Assembly (NCBI GenBank): GCA_963835425.1
Contig: CAWIGE010000019.1
Location: 132,925 to 196,924, forward strand
Source of the DNA: an uncultured Actinomycetes bacterium
GTDB lineage: Bacteria; Actinomycetota; Actinomycetes; Streptosporangiales; Streptosporangiaceae
Direction of reading: 5' to 3'
DNA: 64,000 nt
Position 1 is the stretch's first letter, and every line of letters starts with the position of its first letter. The notes below the pieces were generated by a model. It did not search any database. It was not told the DNA's origin and was given only the letters and a program-made list of their open reading frames with translations. Below, in pieces: positions 1 to 10,372 of the stretch. The position numbers were made by a program, and so were the translations under genes.

Positions 1-87
1 CTGTGTTCGGTACTGAGTATTCAGGATTGACTATTCAATGTCAACTACCGAGCCGAATCTGAGCCGGGCTGGCTGTTGGACCGGGGG

Positions 88-1221
88 TCAAGTAGGGCCG
101 CCAGGTTCGGGGCCGGACGGGCTGATGGGCGCGGTGACCGGGCAGAGCATGAAGGCGACGGCGAGCAGCACACCGGTGATGGACAGGCCGCGCAGGACGC
201 CGACGTGGTCGGCGAGGAAGCCGATGGCCGGCGGTCCGGCCAGGAAGGCCAGGTAACCGATCGAGGCGGCGGTGCTCACCCGGCCGGGCGCGTACCGGGG
301 ATCGTCGGCGGCGGCGCTGATGCCGGCCGGGAACCCCAGCGACGTCCCGAGCCCCATCAGCAGCGCCGCAGCCAGCGCGGCCGCCAGCACCGCGCCGGCC
401 GCCAGGACCCCGTCGGCCGCCAGCGCCCCGCCCGCCTCGAGCAGGAAGAGGCCGGCCAGGGCGGTGGCGGCGCAGACCCGCAGCACTCGGACCCGGCCGT
501 AGCGGTCGATGAAGGCGGGGCCGAACCAGCGGCCGGTGGTCATGGCGGCCAGGAAGACGGCGAACGTGAGGGTGCCGAGGACGGCCGCCGTGTGGTAGCC
601 GCCGATGACCGCGAGGCTGAGCCAGTCGTTGCTGGTTCCCTCCGTGAAGGCCATGCATAGCACGAACAGGCCGATGAGCAGGGTCCGCGGCTCGGTCCAC
701 GCGGCGAGGGGGCTGCGCCTGGCCGCCGTCCCGTCCCGCCGCGTCGCGGCGCGGGCGTGCGGGAGGAAGCGGCGGGCCGCGATGGGCACCACGACCGCGA
801 CCGCGAGCGCGGCCGCGAGCAGGTGCACGGTGACCGGCACGCCGAGGGCGACCATGACCGCCCCGATACCGGCCCCGGCCACCGTTCCGACGCTCCACCC
901 GGCGTGGAACCTGGACATGATCGCCCGGCTCAGCCTCTGCTCGACCGCGGCGCCCTGCACGTTCATCGCCACATCCCAGGTGCCGCTGCTGAAGCCGAAC
1001 AGGAACAGCCCGGCCGCCACCGGCGGGATGCCATACCGGTAGCCGACCCCGACGGTGGCCATGCCGGCTGCCGCGACCAGCGACATCACGACGACCGTGC
1101 GGGAATCCCCCAGCCAGGTGATGACCAGCCCGGACAGCGGCGTGGCGATGGTCGAGCCGACCGCCGTGCACAGCAGGATCAGCCCGAGCACGCCGGGGGA
1201 GACCCGCAGCCCGTCGCGCAC
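88..1221 (-). CDS. MFS transporter; true 5' end lies upstream of 1221
   Basis: The 377-aa ORF is rich in transmembrane (TM) segments and MFS-like. The same frame stays open upstream (..AKQAVYIAFIANGFIFASWAARIPQV, which looks like MFS TM1) past 1440 with no ATG/GTG/TTG. The start is therefore unresolved. Confidence 0.8.
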   Translation of the reverse strand: MRDGLRVSPGVLGLILLCTAVGSTIATPLSGLVITWLGDSRTVVVMSLVAAAGMATVGVGYRYGIPPVAAGLFLFGFSSGTWDVAMNVQGAAVEQRLSRAIMSRFHAGWSVGTVAGAGIGAVMVALGVPVTVHLLAAALAVAVVVPIAARRFLPHARAATRRDGTAARRSPLAAWTEPRTLLIGLFVLCMAFTEGTSNDWLSLAVIGGYHTAAVLGTLTFAVFLAAMTTGRWFGPAFIDRYGRVRVLRVCAATALAGLFLLEAGGALAADGVLAAGAVLAAALAAALLMGLGTSLGFPAGISAAADDPRYAPGRVSTAASIGYLAFLAGPPAIGFLADHVGVLRGLSITGVLLAVAFMLCPVTAPISPSGPEPGGPT

Positions 1222-1523
1222 CTGCGGGATGCGGGCGGCCCAGCTGGCGAAGATGAACCCGTTGGCGATGAAGGCGATGTAGACGGCCTGCTTGGCGCTG
1301 CGGATCTGTGCTTCATCAGTGCCGCGCGCCTCGGGCCGGCCCCGGCGGTCACGAATCGCGGCTCCCCGGCCTGCCGGACTCGGTGCCTGCCCCCAGGTGC
1401 ATGCGGCAAGTCTTTCACAGGGCCCCGGGCCCCGATCTCTTCCGCCCGGGCCACCCCACGCTGGACCAGCCGGGCGCGGTCATGCTCTGATTTGACTCGT
1501 CGGGCGGGCCGGGAAGGTAGACA

Positions 1524-4001
1524 GTGGCGATCGATCCGGGAACCACCAGCGGGACTGTTCCGAGCCGGGCGCAGGTGGTGATCGTCGGCGGCGGGGTGAC
1601 CGGCTGCAGCATCGCCTACCACCTCGCCCACCTCGGCTGGACCGACGTGGTGCTGCTCGAGCAGCACCGGCTGACCGCCGGGACCACCTGGCACGCCGCC
1701 GGGCTGATCACCTCGGCCGGCATGACCGACGAGACCGCGCTGTTCTTCAGCCGGTACTCGCGGGACCTGTACGCCGGGCTGGAGGCCGAGACCGGGCACT
1801 CCACCGGGTTCCGCGCGGTCGGGCACCTCTCGCTGGCCACCACCCGCGAGCGGCAGGACGCGCTGCGCCGCGAGGCGGCCTGGATGCACGGGTTCGGCGT
1901 CGAGGACACCGAGATCTCAGCGGCCGAGGTCGCCGCCATGTGGCCGCTGGCCCGCACCGACGACGTGCTCTCGGCGTTCTACGTCGCCGACGAGGGGCGG
2001 GCCGACCCGGTGGGCGTGGCCACCTCGCTGGCCAAGGGCGCCCGGCAGCTCGGCGCGGCCGTCATCGAGGGCGTGGCCGCGACCGGCGTGCAGACCCGCC
2101 GGCGGCGGGTCAGCGCCGTGCTGACCGAGGCCGGCCCGATCGAGACCGAGGTCGTGGTGAACGCGGCCGGCATGTGGGCGCGGCAGTTCGGCGCGCTGGC
2201 CGGGGTCGCCGTGCCGCTGCAGGCGGCCGAGCACTACTACCTCCTCACCGACACCGTGCCCGGCATGGACGCCGACCTGCCGGTGATCGAGGACCCGGAC
2301 AACTACGGCTACTACCGGCCCGAGGGCGACGGGATGCTGGTCGGCCTGTTCGAGCCGGTGGCCGCGCCCTGGTCGCTGGACGGGGTGCCGCGGGGCTTCT
2401 CGTTCGGCAAACTGCCGCCCGACTGGGAGCGGATGGAGCCGTTCCTCGGCCCGGCCATGAACCGGATACCGTCGCTGGCCGACATCGGGGTGCGGACGTT
2501 CTTCTGCGGCCCGGAGTCGTTCACCGCCGACGTCCGGCCGCTGCTCGGGCCCGCGCCCGAGCTGGACGGCTACTTCGTCGCGGCGGGCCTGAACTCGCTG
2601 GGCATCCTGTCCGGCGGCGGGGTAGGCAGCATGATCGCGCACTGGATCGTGGACGGGGTGCCGCCGGTTGACGCGACCGCCGTGGCCATCGACCGGACCG
2701 CGGCCTACGAGACCTCCCGCCGGTTCCGGGCCGAGCGCACGGTCGAGCAGCTCGGGGTGCTGTTCGGCGACGCGGTCTGGCCGTCCTGGCAGCCGTCGTC
2801 CGCGCGCAACGTGCGCCGGTCGGTGCTGCACGACCGCCTGGCCGCGGCGGGCGCCCACTTCGGCGTCTCGGCCGGCTGGGAGTACGCCGAGTGGTTCGCC
2901 GACGGCGAGGCGCCGGTGCCCCGCCTGGACTACCGGCGGCCCGCCCCGCACGCGATCGTCGGGCGCGAGCACGCGGCCGTCCGCGAGGCGGTGGGCGTGA
3001 TCGACATGAGCCTGATGGCCAAGCTGATCGTGCAGGGGCCGGACGCGGCCACCGTGCTCAGCCGGCTGTCGGCCAACGACGTGCTGCTCGCAACGGGCAG
3101 GCTCGTCTACACCCAGTGGCTTAACGAAGCGGGCGGGATCATCGCCGACGTCACGGTGACCTGGCTGGAGGACGAGAAGTTCCTGGTCATCGCCAGCGAC
3201 ATCATCCACCGCCGGATCGAGCCCCTGATCCGGCGGGCCACACGGGACGGCGAGGTCGTCACCGTCACCGACGTCACCTCGGGCACCACGCTGCTGACCG
3301 TGCAGGGCCCGGCGTCGCGCGAGCTGATCGGCCGGCTGACCGACGCCGACCTGTCCAACGACGCGTTCGGGTACCTGACCGCGCGGCACATCCACGTCGG
3401 CTACGCGCCGGTGCTCGCCATCCGGGTCACCTACGTCGGCGAGCTCGGCTGGGAGCTGCACGTGCCCGCCGAGTACGCGGCCGGGGTGTACGACGACCTG
3501 GTGACGGCCGGCGGCGGCCTCGGCTTCCTGCCGGTCGGCCTGCAGGCCATGTCGAGCCTGCGGCTGGAGAAGGGCTACCGCGACATGGGGGTGGACATCG
3601 ACAACACCGACAGCCCCATCGAGGCGGGGCTCGGGTTCGCCGTCGCGTGGGACAAGCCCGGCGGGTTCATCGGCCGCGACGCGCTGCTCAAGTCGCGCGA
3701 GCTGGGCCCGCCCCGCCACCGCGTCGTCAGCCTGATCGTCGATGACCCGGCAGCCGACCTGTTCGGCAACGAGCCCGTGTTCGCCGATGGCGCGTGGGCC
3801 GGGTACGTCCGCGCCGCCGCCTACGGCTACACCGTCGGCGGACCGGTCGGGCTGGCCCAGGTCGCCTGCGGCGACGGCGTCACCGGCCAGTGGCTGAAGG
3901 AGGGCGACTTCCGGGTGCGCACCCCGGAGGGGGAGATCCCCGCCCGGCTCCAGATCGCGCCGCCGTACGACCCGCAACGGCTGCGCATCCTGGACCGCTG
4001 A
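1524..4001 (+). CDS. FAD-dependent oxidoreductase fused to a GcvT aminomethyltransferase-like domain (dimethylglycine/sarcosine dehydrogenase family)
   Basis: 825 aa. N-terminal dinucleotide-binding motif VVIVGGGVTGCSIAYHLA (DAO domain). The C-terminal half has the GcvT-like folate-binding pattern (..TYVGELGWELHVP..). Confidence 0.9.
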   Translation: MAIDPGTTSGTVPSRAQVVIVGGGVTGCSIAYHLAHLGWTDVVLLEQHRLTAGTTWHAAGLITSAGMTDETALFFSRYSRDLYAGLEAETGHSTGFRAVGHLSLATTRERQDALRREAAWMHGFGVEDTEISAAEVAAMWPLARTDDVLSAFYVADEGRADPVGVATSLAKGARQLGAAVIEGVAATGVQTRRRRVSAVLTEAGPIETEVVVNAAGMWARQFGALAGVAVPLQAAEHYYLLTDTVPGMDADLPVIEDPDNYGYYRPEGDGMLVGLFEPVAAPWSLDGVPRGFSFGKLPPDWERMEPFLGPAMNRIPSLADIGVRTFFCGPESFTADVRPLLGPAPELDGYFVAAGLNSLGILSGGGVGSMIAHWIVDGVPPVDATAVAIDRTAAYETSRRFRAERTVEQLGVLFGDAVWPSWQPSSARNVRRSVLHDRLAAAGAHFGVSAGWEYAEWFADGEAPVPRLDYRRPAPHAIVGREHAAVREAVGVIDMSLMAKLIVQGPDAATVLSRLSANDVLLATGRLVYTQWLNEAGGIIADVTVTWLEDEKFLVIASDIIHRRIEPLIRRATRDGEVVTVTDVTSGTTLLTVQGPASRELIGRLTDADLSNDAFGYLTARHIHVGYAPVLAIRVTYVGELGWELHVPAEYAAGVYDDLVTAGGGLGFLPVGLQAMSSLRLEKGYRDMGVDIDNTDSPIEAGLGFAVAWDKPGGFIGRDALLKSRELGPPRHRVVSLIVDDPAADLFGNEPVFADGAWAGYVRAAAYGYTVGGPVGLAQVACGDGVTGQWLKEGDFRVRTPEGEIPARLQIAPPYDPQRLRILDR

Positions 4002-4020
4002 CGGGCGGGTGGCGGTCTGC

Positions 4021-5019
4021 ATGAGCCAGGTACCGACCGTGCGGGGCCCGGTCAGCAGCGCCGAACTGGGCCCGACCTACATGCACGAGCACATCTTCAC
4101 GCTCACCGCCGACGTGCAGCAGAACTACCCGCAGGAGTGGGGGAGCGAGGAGGCGCGCGTCGCCGACGCGGCCGGCAAGCTGCGGGCGCTCGCCGCCCAG
4201 GGGATCGCCACCATCGTCGATCCCACCGTGGTCGGGCTCGGCCGGTACATCCCGCGGATCCAGCGGGTCGCGGAGCAGGTGCCCGGGCTGAACATCATCG
4301 TCGCCACCGGCGTCTACACCTACGACAGCGTCCCCTTCTTCTTCCGGCACCGCGGCCCGGCCCTGAACGAGGCGCTGGGGACCGAGGTGCCGGACCCGAT
4401 GGTGGACATGTTCGTCGCCGACATCGCCGAGGGGATCACGGGCACCGGCGTGCGTGCGGGCGTGCTCAAGTGCGCCATCGAGGCGGGCGGTATGACGCCG
4501 GGGGCCGAGCGGGTCATGCGGGCCGTCGCCGCCGCCCACCACCGGACCGGCGCGCCGGTCATGGTGCACACCCATCCCGGGTCCAGGACCGGGCTGGAGG
4601 TCAAGCGGGTGCTCTGCGACTCCGGGGGAGTGGAACCCCGCCGGGTGCTGCTCGCCCACAGCGGCGACACGACCGACTGCGACCACCTGGCCGAGCTGGC
4701 CGACGCCGGCTTCACGCTGGGGCTGGACCGGTTCGGGCTCAACACCGAGACGACGTTCGAGGCCCGGGCGGACACGCTGGTGGAGATGTGCCGCCGCGGG
4801 TATGCGGGGAGCATGGTGCTGTCGCAGGACGCGTCGTGCTACATCGACTGGATCGACCCAGCGGTCCTGCCCTTCCTGGCGCAATGGCACTACCTGCACA
4901 TCGGCGACGAAGTCCTGCCCTACGCGCGCGAGCGCGGCGTCACCGAGGACGAGATCACCACGATGCTGGTTGCGAACCCGCGCCGTTTCTTCGAGACCGC
5001 GGCCAGCGGGGGAGGCTGA
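4021..5019 (+). CDS. Phosphotriesterase-related protein (PTE/amidohydrolase family)
   Basis: N-terminus ..LGPTYMHEHIF.. carries the HxH metal motif, and the length is typical of the PTE family. ATG at 4021; the ORF track starts at an alternative GTG at 4009. Confidence 0.85.
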   Translation: MSQVPTVRGPVSSAELGPTYMHEHIFTLTADVQQNYPQEWGSEEARVADAAGKLRALAAQGIATIVDPTVVGLGRYIPRIQRVAEQVPGLNIIVATGVYTYDSVPFFFRHRGPALNEALGTEVPDPMVDMFVADIAEGITGTGVRAGVLKCAIEAGGMTPGAERVMRAVAAAHHRTGAPVMVHTHPGSRTGLEVKRVLCDSGGVEPRRVLLAHSGDTTDCDHLAELADAGFTLGLDRFGLNTETTFEARADTLVEMCRRGYAGSMVLSQDASCYIDWIDPAVLPFLAQWHYLHIGDEVLPYARERGVTEDEITTMLVANPRRFFETAASGGG

Positions 5020-5026
5020 CCGGCCG

Positions 5027-6577
5027 GTGATGAACGGGAGCGCGACAGGCGGCGGCGAGGGTGCCGGGGTGGTCTTCCCGGCGTCGGTGGACGGGCGGCG
5101 GAGCACGTCGGCGCTGGGCCGCGCGGTGGTCGCCGACGCGCTCCGCCCGGTGGACCCGGCCGGGGCGCTCGGCGCCGAGCACGAGACCAACTGGCGCTCG
5201 GGGTACCTCGTGCACTTCCGGCGGCTCATCGAGGCGGGCCTGGCCTCGAAGCAGGCCTGGCTGGAGATCGCCCGCGGCGGGCTGGACTCGCTGCACACCC
5301 GGATGCGGGTCGCCGGGCCCGGCGGGGACGAGGCCGGCCTGGGCTCCCTGCTGACCGCGCCCGCGCGGCACCGGTTCGTCACCGCCACCGTGCACGGCAC
5401 CGGCGAGGCGGAGCGCGAGTTCGCGCTGCCCTACCACGGCGACCGGCTGCGGGGGGACGCGCTGGCCCGCAAGCTGGCCGCCTGGGTGACCGCCGGGATC
5501 ATCGAGCCGACCTGCGCCGACGCGATCCGGGAGGTCGCTGCCCACCCGGAGTGGCTCCGCCTGCCCGGCCAGACGGTGGCGGTGCTCGGCGCGGGCGCCG
5601 AGATCGGCCCCCTGCCCGTCCTGCTCGGCTGGGGGGCCCAGGTGGCGGGGGTCGACCTGCCGCGGCCCGCCCTGTGGGACCGCGTGCTGCGGACCGCGCA
5701 GGGCAGCGGGGGGACGCTGCTGGTGCCGGTCGCGGCGCCGGCCGGCCCGGATGCGCCCGGCGGGCCGGACGCGGGGACCGCCGGGGGCGCGCCGGGCGCG
5801 GGCGGGGAGACCCTGCAGGAGCGCAGCGGACTCGATCTGGCCGGCGACGTCCCGGCCGCCGCGGACTGGCTCGCGGGCCTGGAGGGCCCGCTGGTGCTGG
5901 GCAACTACGTCTACGCCGAAGGCGCGGCGAACGTGCGGGTCTCCGTCGCCGTCGACGCGCTCACCGTGCGCCTCCAGGCCGCACGGGACGACCTGGCGCT
6001 GGCCTTCCTGGCCACCCCGACCGACGTGTTCGCGGTGAGCGCCGACGCGGTCGCGCAGTCGGTCAGCGCCTACGCGTCCCGCTCCCGCGGCGCGAAGCTG
6101 GCCGGCCGGCCGCTGCGGACGCTGTCGGGCGGACGGCTGCTGCGCCGCGCCTACCTGCCGGGCGCCGACCCCGGCATCAACGACAGCCTGGTCGCCCAGC
6201 AGGGCCCGAACTACGCGCTGGCCAAACGGCTGCAGCGGTGGCGGGCCTCGCTCGCCCGCGACGGCGGGGCCACGGTCTCGCTGAACGTCGCCCCGCCGAC
6301 GCGCACCAAGTCGGTGGTGCAGAACCGGGTGCTCGCCGCGGCGTACGCGGGCGCGCACCGGTTCGGCGTGGAGGTCTTCGAGCCCGCCACGACCAGGGTG
6401 CTCATGGCCGCGCTGCTCGTGCACGACCTGCACACCGGCGGCGGCCCGGCGCACGCTCATCCGTGGCAGGACGAGGCGTATGCGGCCGCGCCCGGCGGGC
6501 TGTGGCGTATCGCGTACGCGCCGAGGAGCGCGCTCGGGCTCGCCGCCCTGCTCGGCTACGGGGCGGCCCGGGCCTGA
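5027..6577 (+). CDS. Conserved hypothetical protein with a Rossmann-like glycine-rich segment
   Basis: Long ORF in the coding frame with a GTG/ATG pair at 5027/5030, 7-10 nt after the upstream TGA stop (5017-5019). Contains VAVLGAGAEIGPLPVLLGWGAQVAGVDL. No family recognised. Confidence 0.5.
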   Translation: MMNGSATGGGEGAGVVFPASVDGRRSTSALGRAVVADALRPVDPAGALGAEHETNWRSGYLVHFRRLIEAGLASKQAWLEIARGGLDSLHTRMRVAGPGGDEAGLGSLLTAPARHRFVTATVHGTGEAEREFALPYHGDRLRGDALARKLAAWVTAGIIEPTCADAIREVAAHPEWLRLPGQTVAVLGAGAEIGPLPVLLGWGAQVAGVDLPRPALWDRVLRTAQGSGGTLLVPVAAPAGPDAPGGPDAGTAGGAPGAGGETLQERSGLDLAGDVPAAADWLAGLEGPLVLGNYVYAEGAANVRVSVAVDALTVRLQAARDDLALAFLATPTDVFAVSADAVAQSVSAYASRSRGAKLAGRPLRTLSGGRLLRRAYLPGADPGINDSLVAQQGPNYALAKRLQRWRASLARDGGATVSLNVAPPTRTKSVVQNRVLAAAYAGAHRFGVEVFEPATTRVLMAALLVHDLHTGGGPAHAHPWQDEAYAAAPGGLWRIAYAPRSALGLAALLGYGAARA

Positions 6578-6706
6578 CCGTCCCGGCGGGCGGTCGCCGG
6601 TCATGGGTCCTGGCGCGTCCAGCAGTGCACCGAAGGCGCTGCTGCCTGCGGGCTCAGCTTGCGGGGCCGGACTCGCGGCCCGATTCCCGCGGTCCGCGCA
6701 CGGTGA

Positions 6707-7348
6707 TCAGCACCAGTCCGGCGGCGAGCACCAGGCAAGCGCAGATCGCGCCGCCCGGTCGTGCGGCGGCCGGGTCGGCCAGACCCATGGCGTGGTCGAA
6801 CCGTGGGCCAGCGCCCCTTCGGTGATCAGCAGGTAGGCCATCGGCCCGGTCCAGCCGAACGCGCCGCCGAGGGTGACCGCAGCCAGCAGGCCGATGCCGG
6901 CCATGCCGCCGAGGTTGCGGAGCAGGGCGAGGGTCCCGCCCGGCATCCCGCCCGCCGCGGCCCCGGCGGCCAGCGCGCCGAACGCGACGGCGGTGAGAGC
7001 CACGGCCGCGCCGAGCCGCAGCCAGGGCAGCCACCGGCCGGTGGCCCGTTCCGGCTCCCCGAACGGGCCGTAGGTGGTGACCGCGATGACCGCGGCCGCC
7101 CCGGTCTCGATCGTCAGCGGGATGAACTGCCGGGCGGCGGCGCCGCCGGCGATGTTCCAGTGCCAGTGCAGCGCGGCCCACAGCAGCGCGCCGAGCCCGG
7201 CCAGCAGCGCCAGCGCCATCGGTACCCGGCGGCTGACCAGGTAGAGCCGCGCCAGCCGCCATCCGGCGGCCGCCCGGTCTCGCCGGGTCCCGGCCGCCGG
7301 AGGCGGGACGCTTCCCGGGACCGGCCGGTGCAGGCCTGCGGTGGTCAT
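6707..7348 (-). CDS. Integral membrane protein, last gene of the sigma/ABC operon
   Basis: MTTAGLHRP.. starts at an ATG overlapping the upstream stop (ATGA at 7345-7348). Several hydrophobic helices. It is the C-terminal part of track ORF 6707..8524. Confidence 0.6.
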   Translation of the reverse strand: MTTAGLHRPVPGSVPPPAAGTRRDRAAAGWRLARLYLVSRRVPMALALLAGLGALLWAALHWHWNIAGGAAARQFIPLTIETGAAAVIAVTTYGPFGEPERATGRWLPWLRLGAAVALTAVAFGALAAGAAAGGMPGGTLALLRNLGGMAGIGLLAAVTLGGAFGWTGPMAYLLITEGALAHGSTTPWVWPTRPPHDRAARSALAWCSPPDWC

Positions 7349-8880
7349 GGCAGTTCCTTCAGGGTGAGCCGGCCGGCCCGCAGCGCGGCCAGATGAGCGG
7401 CGAGCCAGGCGTGCCGGGCCGCGGCCGGCAGGGTGGCGAGCCGCCGGGCGGCTGCGTAGACGGGCCCGGTCGCCGGTCCCGGTGGGGGTCCTGGTCCGTT
7501 CTTGGTGGTGGCCATCAGCCCGGGCTGCGCGGCGAATGGTATCCCGGCACCTCGCAGCAGGGCTGCCTGCACGGCCTGCTGCACCGGGCTGCCGGAGCCG
7601 TTGCCCGCGCCCACGAAGGCCTGGGCGAACCCCAGCCGTATCTGGTCGGCAAACTGTTTCGTGGCCACGGGCCCATCGCAAAAGCCGCACGGTCCCGGCA
7701 TGTTGAACGAGCCGAGCGACATGCGGAGCACCTGCGGGTGGCCGCCAAGCGTTATCGCCTGCGGTCCGCCTGCACTGCTGGGGTATGCCGCGGCGACCTG
7801 GGTGGCACGCACTGGCGTGCCGGGCAGGCCGGCCACCTCGGCGAGCGCCGGCGCCAGCGCGGCGTTCACGTCGGGCAGCCATCGGCGGTAGGCCGGGTTC
7901 AGGCACACCGGGACCCGGGCGGCGCGGCCGCAGGCGGGAGTGTACGTAATCGGCGCATCGTTCGCGGCGTCGTGCAGGGCGGGGATGGCCATTCCGTGAG
8001 CTGACAGCCGGGCGTTGCTGGCCAGCCCGACGGCGATCCCCGCCGACGCCATGCCGGCGACCGTGACGGCAGCGGCGGCGCGGCGCAGCCACGGGCCGCC
8101 GGCCCGGGCGGGCAGGCCGGTCAGGCCCAGCGCCGCGACGGCGATCCCGGCCAGGAACATGATCCGGGCGATCGGCAGGTCCGGGAGCCAGGGGTAGAAG
8201 ATCCCGGAATCGGTCTGGTCGAAGTTGCCGTTGGAGTTGGTCGGCAGGATCAGCGCCCACCCGCTGGTGTGGCTGAATCCGGTCTGCGACGACAGCGCCA
8301 TCGCCAGGAACCCGCCGAACGCGGCCACCGGCGCGGCGAACCGGCTCGGCCAGCAGGCGCCGATGGCGAAGCCTACGGCGCTGAACGCGGTAACCGCCGT
8401 GGCGCCGACAGCGACCCACCACCATGGCGGCGTGCCCCCGACGCCCTGGTGGGCGTACATCGCGAACATGACGCCCACGAAGACCAGGTAGGCGGCCACC
8501 GCCCAGATCGCGGTCGCAGTCCACGTGGCGAGCTGGGTCGCCCAGCGCGGCCGGGCGGTCGCGGTCACTAGGTCAGCCAGGCCGCGGCGGCCGTCCCGCG
8601 ACCCCATCCAGGCCGCCACGCCCGCCACGAACGGCCCGAAGTCAACGATCGTGTGCCCCTGGCCCATATTCCAGTACGTCCGCAGCACATACAGCTGCGC
8701 TGTGCCGGTGCTGGCCCGGTACGAGTCGAACCAGAACAGCGCGGCGATCAGCGGCAGGATCCATGGCATCGCGTTGCGGCGCAGTTCCACGCGCAGCAGC
8801 CGTGCGGCGCCCTGCGGGACCGGGCTGGTGGCGCGTGGTGCCCGGCGCCGCACCGGGGCGGCGGTGGCGGCGGTCATCAC
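7345..8880 (-). CDS. ABC-transporter-associated permease-like membrane protein with a large extracytoplasmic domain
   Basis: 511 aa. The N-terminal half has multiple TM helices and the C-terminal half is soluble. The GTGATGA overlap with the upstream ATPase stop indicates translational coupling. Confidence 0.6.
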   Translation of the reverse strand: MMTAATAAPVRRRAPRATSPVPQGAARLLRVELRRNAMPWILPLIAALFWFDSYRASTGTAQLYVLRTYWNMGQGHTIVDFGPFVAGVAAWMGSRDGRRGLADLVTATARPRWATQLATWTATAIWAVAAYLVFVGVMFAMYAHQGVGGTPPWWWVAVGATAVTAFSAVGFAIGACWPSRFAAPVAAFGGFLAMALSSQTGFSHTSGWALILPTNSNGNFDQTDSGIFYPWLPDLPIARIMFLAGIAVAALGLTGLPARAGGPWLRRAAAAVTVAGMASAGIAVGLASNARLSAHGMAIPALHDAANDAPITYTPACGRAARVPVCLNPAYRRWLPDVNAALAPALAEVAGLPGTPVRATQVAAAYPSSAGGPQAITLGGHPQVLRMSLGSFNMPGPCGFCDGPVATKQFADQIRLGFAQAFVGAGNGSGSPVQQAVQAALLRGAGIPFAAQPGLMATTKNGPGPPPGPATGPVYAAARRLATLPAAARHAWLAAHLAALRAGRLTLKELP

Positions 8881-9638
8881 GCAACCGCCGTGGTGGACCG
8901 GGCCGCCGCGAGCGCCGCGCTGTAGCCGCGCTCCAGCGGCGCGTCGCCTGCCGCGCCTGTGCCCTCGCCCCGGGCGATCAGCTCGTCCGGCGTGCCATGG
9001 AACACGATCCTCCCGGCGTCCATCAGCGCGACCTCGGTACAGGCGGCGCCCACGTCCTCGACCAGGTGGGTGGAGACGATCACGGTGGCCCGCTGGCCGA
9101 GGTCGCGCAGCAGGGCGCGGAACGCCACCCGCTGCTCAGGGTCCAGCCCGGCGGTCGGCTCGTCCAGCAGCAGCAGCTCCGGGCCGTTCACGATCGCCTG
9201 CGCGATCCCGGCCCGGCGCAGCATCCCGCCCGACAGGGTGCGCAGCTTGGCACGGGCCTTGTCGCCGAGGCCCACGTGTTCGATCGCGGCCGCCACCGCC
9301 CGCGGCACCTGTGTGGGGGGCATGTCCTTGAGCAGCGCGAAGTACTCGACGAACTCCGAGGCCGTAAAGCCCGGGTAGTAGCCGAGGTTCTGCGGCAGGT
9401 ACCCGAGCCGCCGCCGGATCTCGCGCCGCGGGCCGTAGGAGCCGGGATCGCGGCCGAGCAGCCGCAGCCGGCCCGAGGTCGGCGGCAGCACGGTGGCCAT
9501 CATCCGCAGCAGCGACGTCTTGCCTGCCCCGTTCGGGCCCAGCAGCCCGAACACCCCCGTGCCGGCCTGCAGGCTTACCCCGGCCACGGCCTGGGTCCGG
9601 CCGAACCGCCGGGTCAGGTCGGTCATGTCGACGTTCAT
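8877..9638 (-). CDS. ABC transporter ATP-binding protein
   Basis: Walker A GLLGPNGAGKTS, signature LSGGMLRR and Walker B LLLLDEPTAGLD. The ATG at 9638 overlaps the upstream stop (ATGA). Confidence 0.9.
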   Translation of the reverse strand: MNVDMTDLTRRFGRTQAVAGVSLQAGTGVFGLLGPNGAGKTSLLRMMATVLPPTSGRLRLLGRDPGSYGPRREIRRRLGYLPQNLGYYPGFTASEFVEYFALLKDMPPTQVPRAVAAAIEHVGLGDKARAKLRTLSGGMLRRAGIAQAIVNGPELLLLDEPTAGLDPEQRVAFRALLRDLGQRATVIVSTHLVEDVGAACTEVALMDAGRIVFHGTPDELIARGEGTGAAGDAPLERGYSAALAAARSTTAVA

Positions 9639-10372
9639 GATGTTCCTCTCGGGATCCGGGTCGCGTACATCACGACCGCGCCGCAGCAGGCGGCGAAGGC
9701 CAGGTAGGGAAGGATCAGGGCCGAATTGGTGACCGCCGTTGTGAACTGCCCGCTGGAGGCGGCGCCGGACAGCACCGTGATCACCCAGCCGGCCACCCCC
9801 GCGGCCACGCCCATGATCGCCGACCGGGTCACCGTGGCGACGGCCAGCGCCAGCGCGCAGACCGCGGTCATCGGGATCAGCCAGCCGAACGTGAGCGCGG
9901 CCGCGGTCCCCGATACGGCCGACGCGGCCAGCCCCAGCGCCGCGTTCAGGCCGAACACCGCCAGCGCCCGGACCAGCAGCACCATCCGGTCGCTCACCGC
10001 CATGCTCCGCGACAGCTCCCAGGCCGGATCGATGCCCGGCCCGTAGGCATACGCGATACCCGCCGCCGCGACCGCCGGCGCGAGCAGCGCCACGTACGGC
10101 GTCCCGGTCGCCAGGGTGGCGCCGGCCCCGGCGAACAGCACCACCACGGTGGCGATGACCCATGCGAGCAGCAGCGACGGCGTGGCCACCAGCGCCCGGG
10201 CCAGGCCCGGTGAGCGCAGCAGCCGCCCGGCCAGGCGCTCCACCCGGCCCGGGTCGCGGCGCCACACCTGCGCGGCCACCCCGGTCCACACCCGGCCCAG
10301 GTCAACGTCGGCCGGGACCGTGTCCCACGGCGCCGCTGCGCCGGGCGGCCGGGCCGCATCCATGTCGCTCAT
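9635..10372 (-). CDS. Putative anti-sigma factor / multi-pass membrane protein
   Basis: MSDMDAARPP.. starts at an ATG overlapping the sigma-factor stop (ATGA at 10369-10372). A cytoplasmic N-terminus is followed by several TM helices. The call rests on position directly downstream of the ECF sigma gene. Confidence 0.55.
   Translation of the reverse strand: MSDMDAARPPGAAAPWDTVPADVDLGRVWTGVAAQVWRRDPGRVERLAGRLLRSPGLARALVATPSLLLAWVIATVVVLFAGAGATLATGTPYVALLAPAVAAAGIAYAYGPGIDPAWELSRSMAVSDRMVLLVRALAVFGLNAALGLAASAVSGTAAALTFGWLIPMTAVCALALAVATVTRSAIMGVAAGVAGWVITVLSGAASSGQFTTAVTNSALILPYLAFAACCGAVVMYATRIPRGTS

Noticed and set aside
1222-1440. Possible frameshift at the MFS 5' end. An ATG (1316) opens MKHRS.. 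in a neighbouring frame while the conserved TM1 frame has no start codon.
   Set aside because: Without a homologue alignment I cannot decide between a non-canonical start, an indel and a mis-read. It is recorded in the feature evidence only.
41-8524. Very long ORFs antisense to or overlapping real genes (for example 41..1171-, 1917..4022-, 3880..5400-, 4955..6604-, and the N-terminal two thirds of 6707..8524-).
   Set aside because: Their translations are Arg/Pro/Gly/Ala-rich low-complexity sequence, typical of non-coding frames in >70% GC DNA. The opposite or alternative frames contain recognisable protein families.
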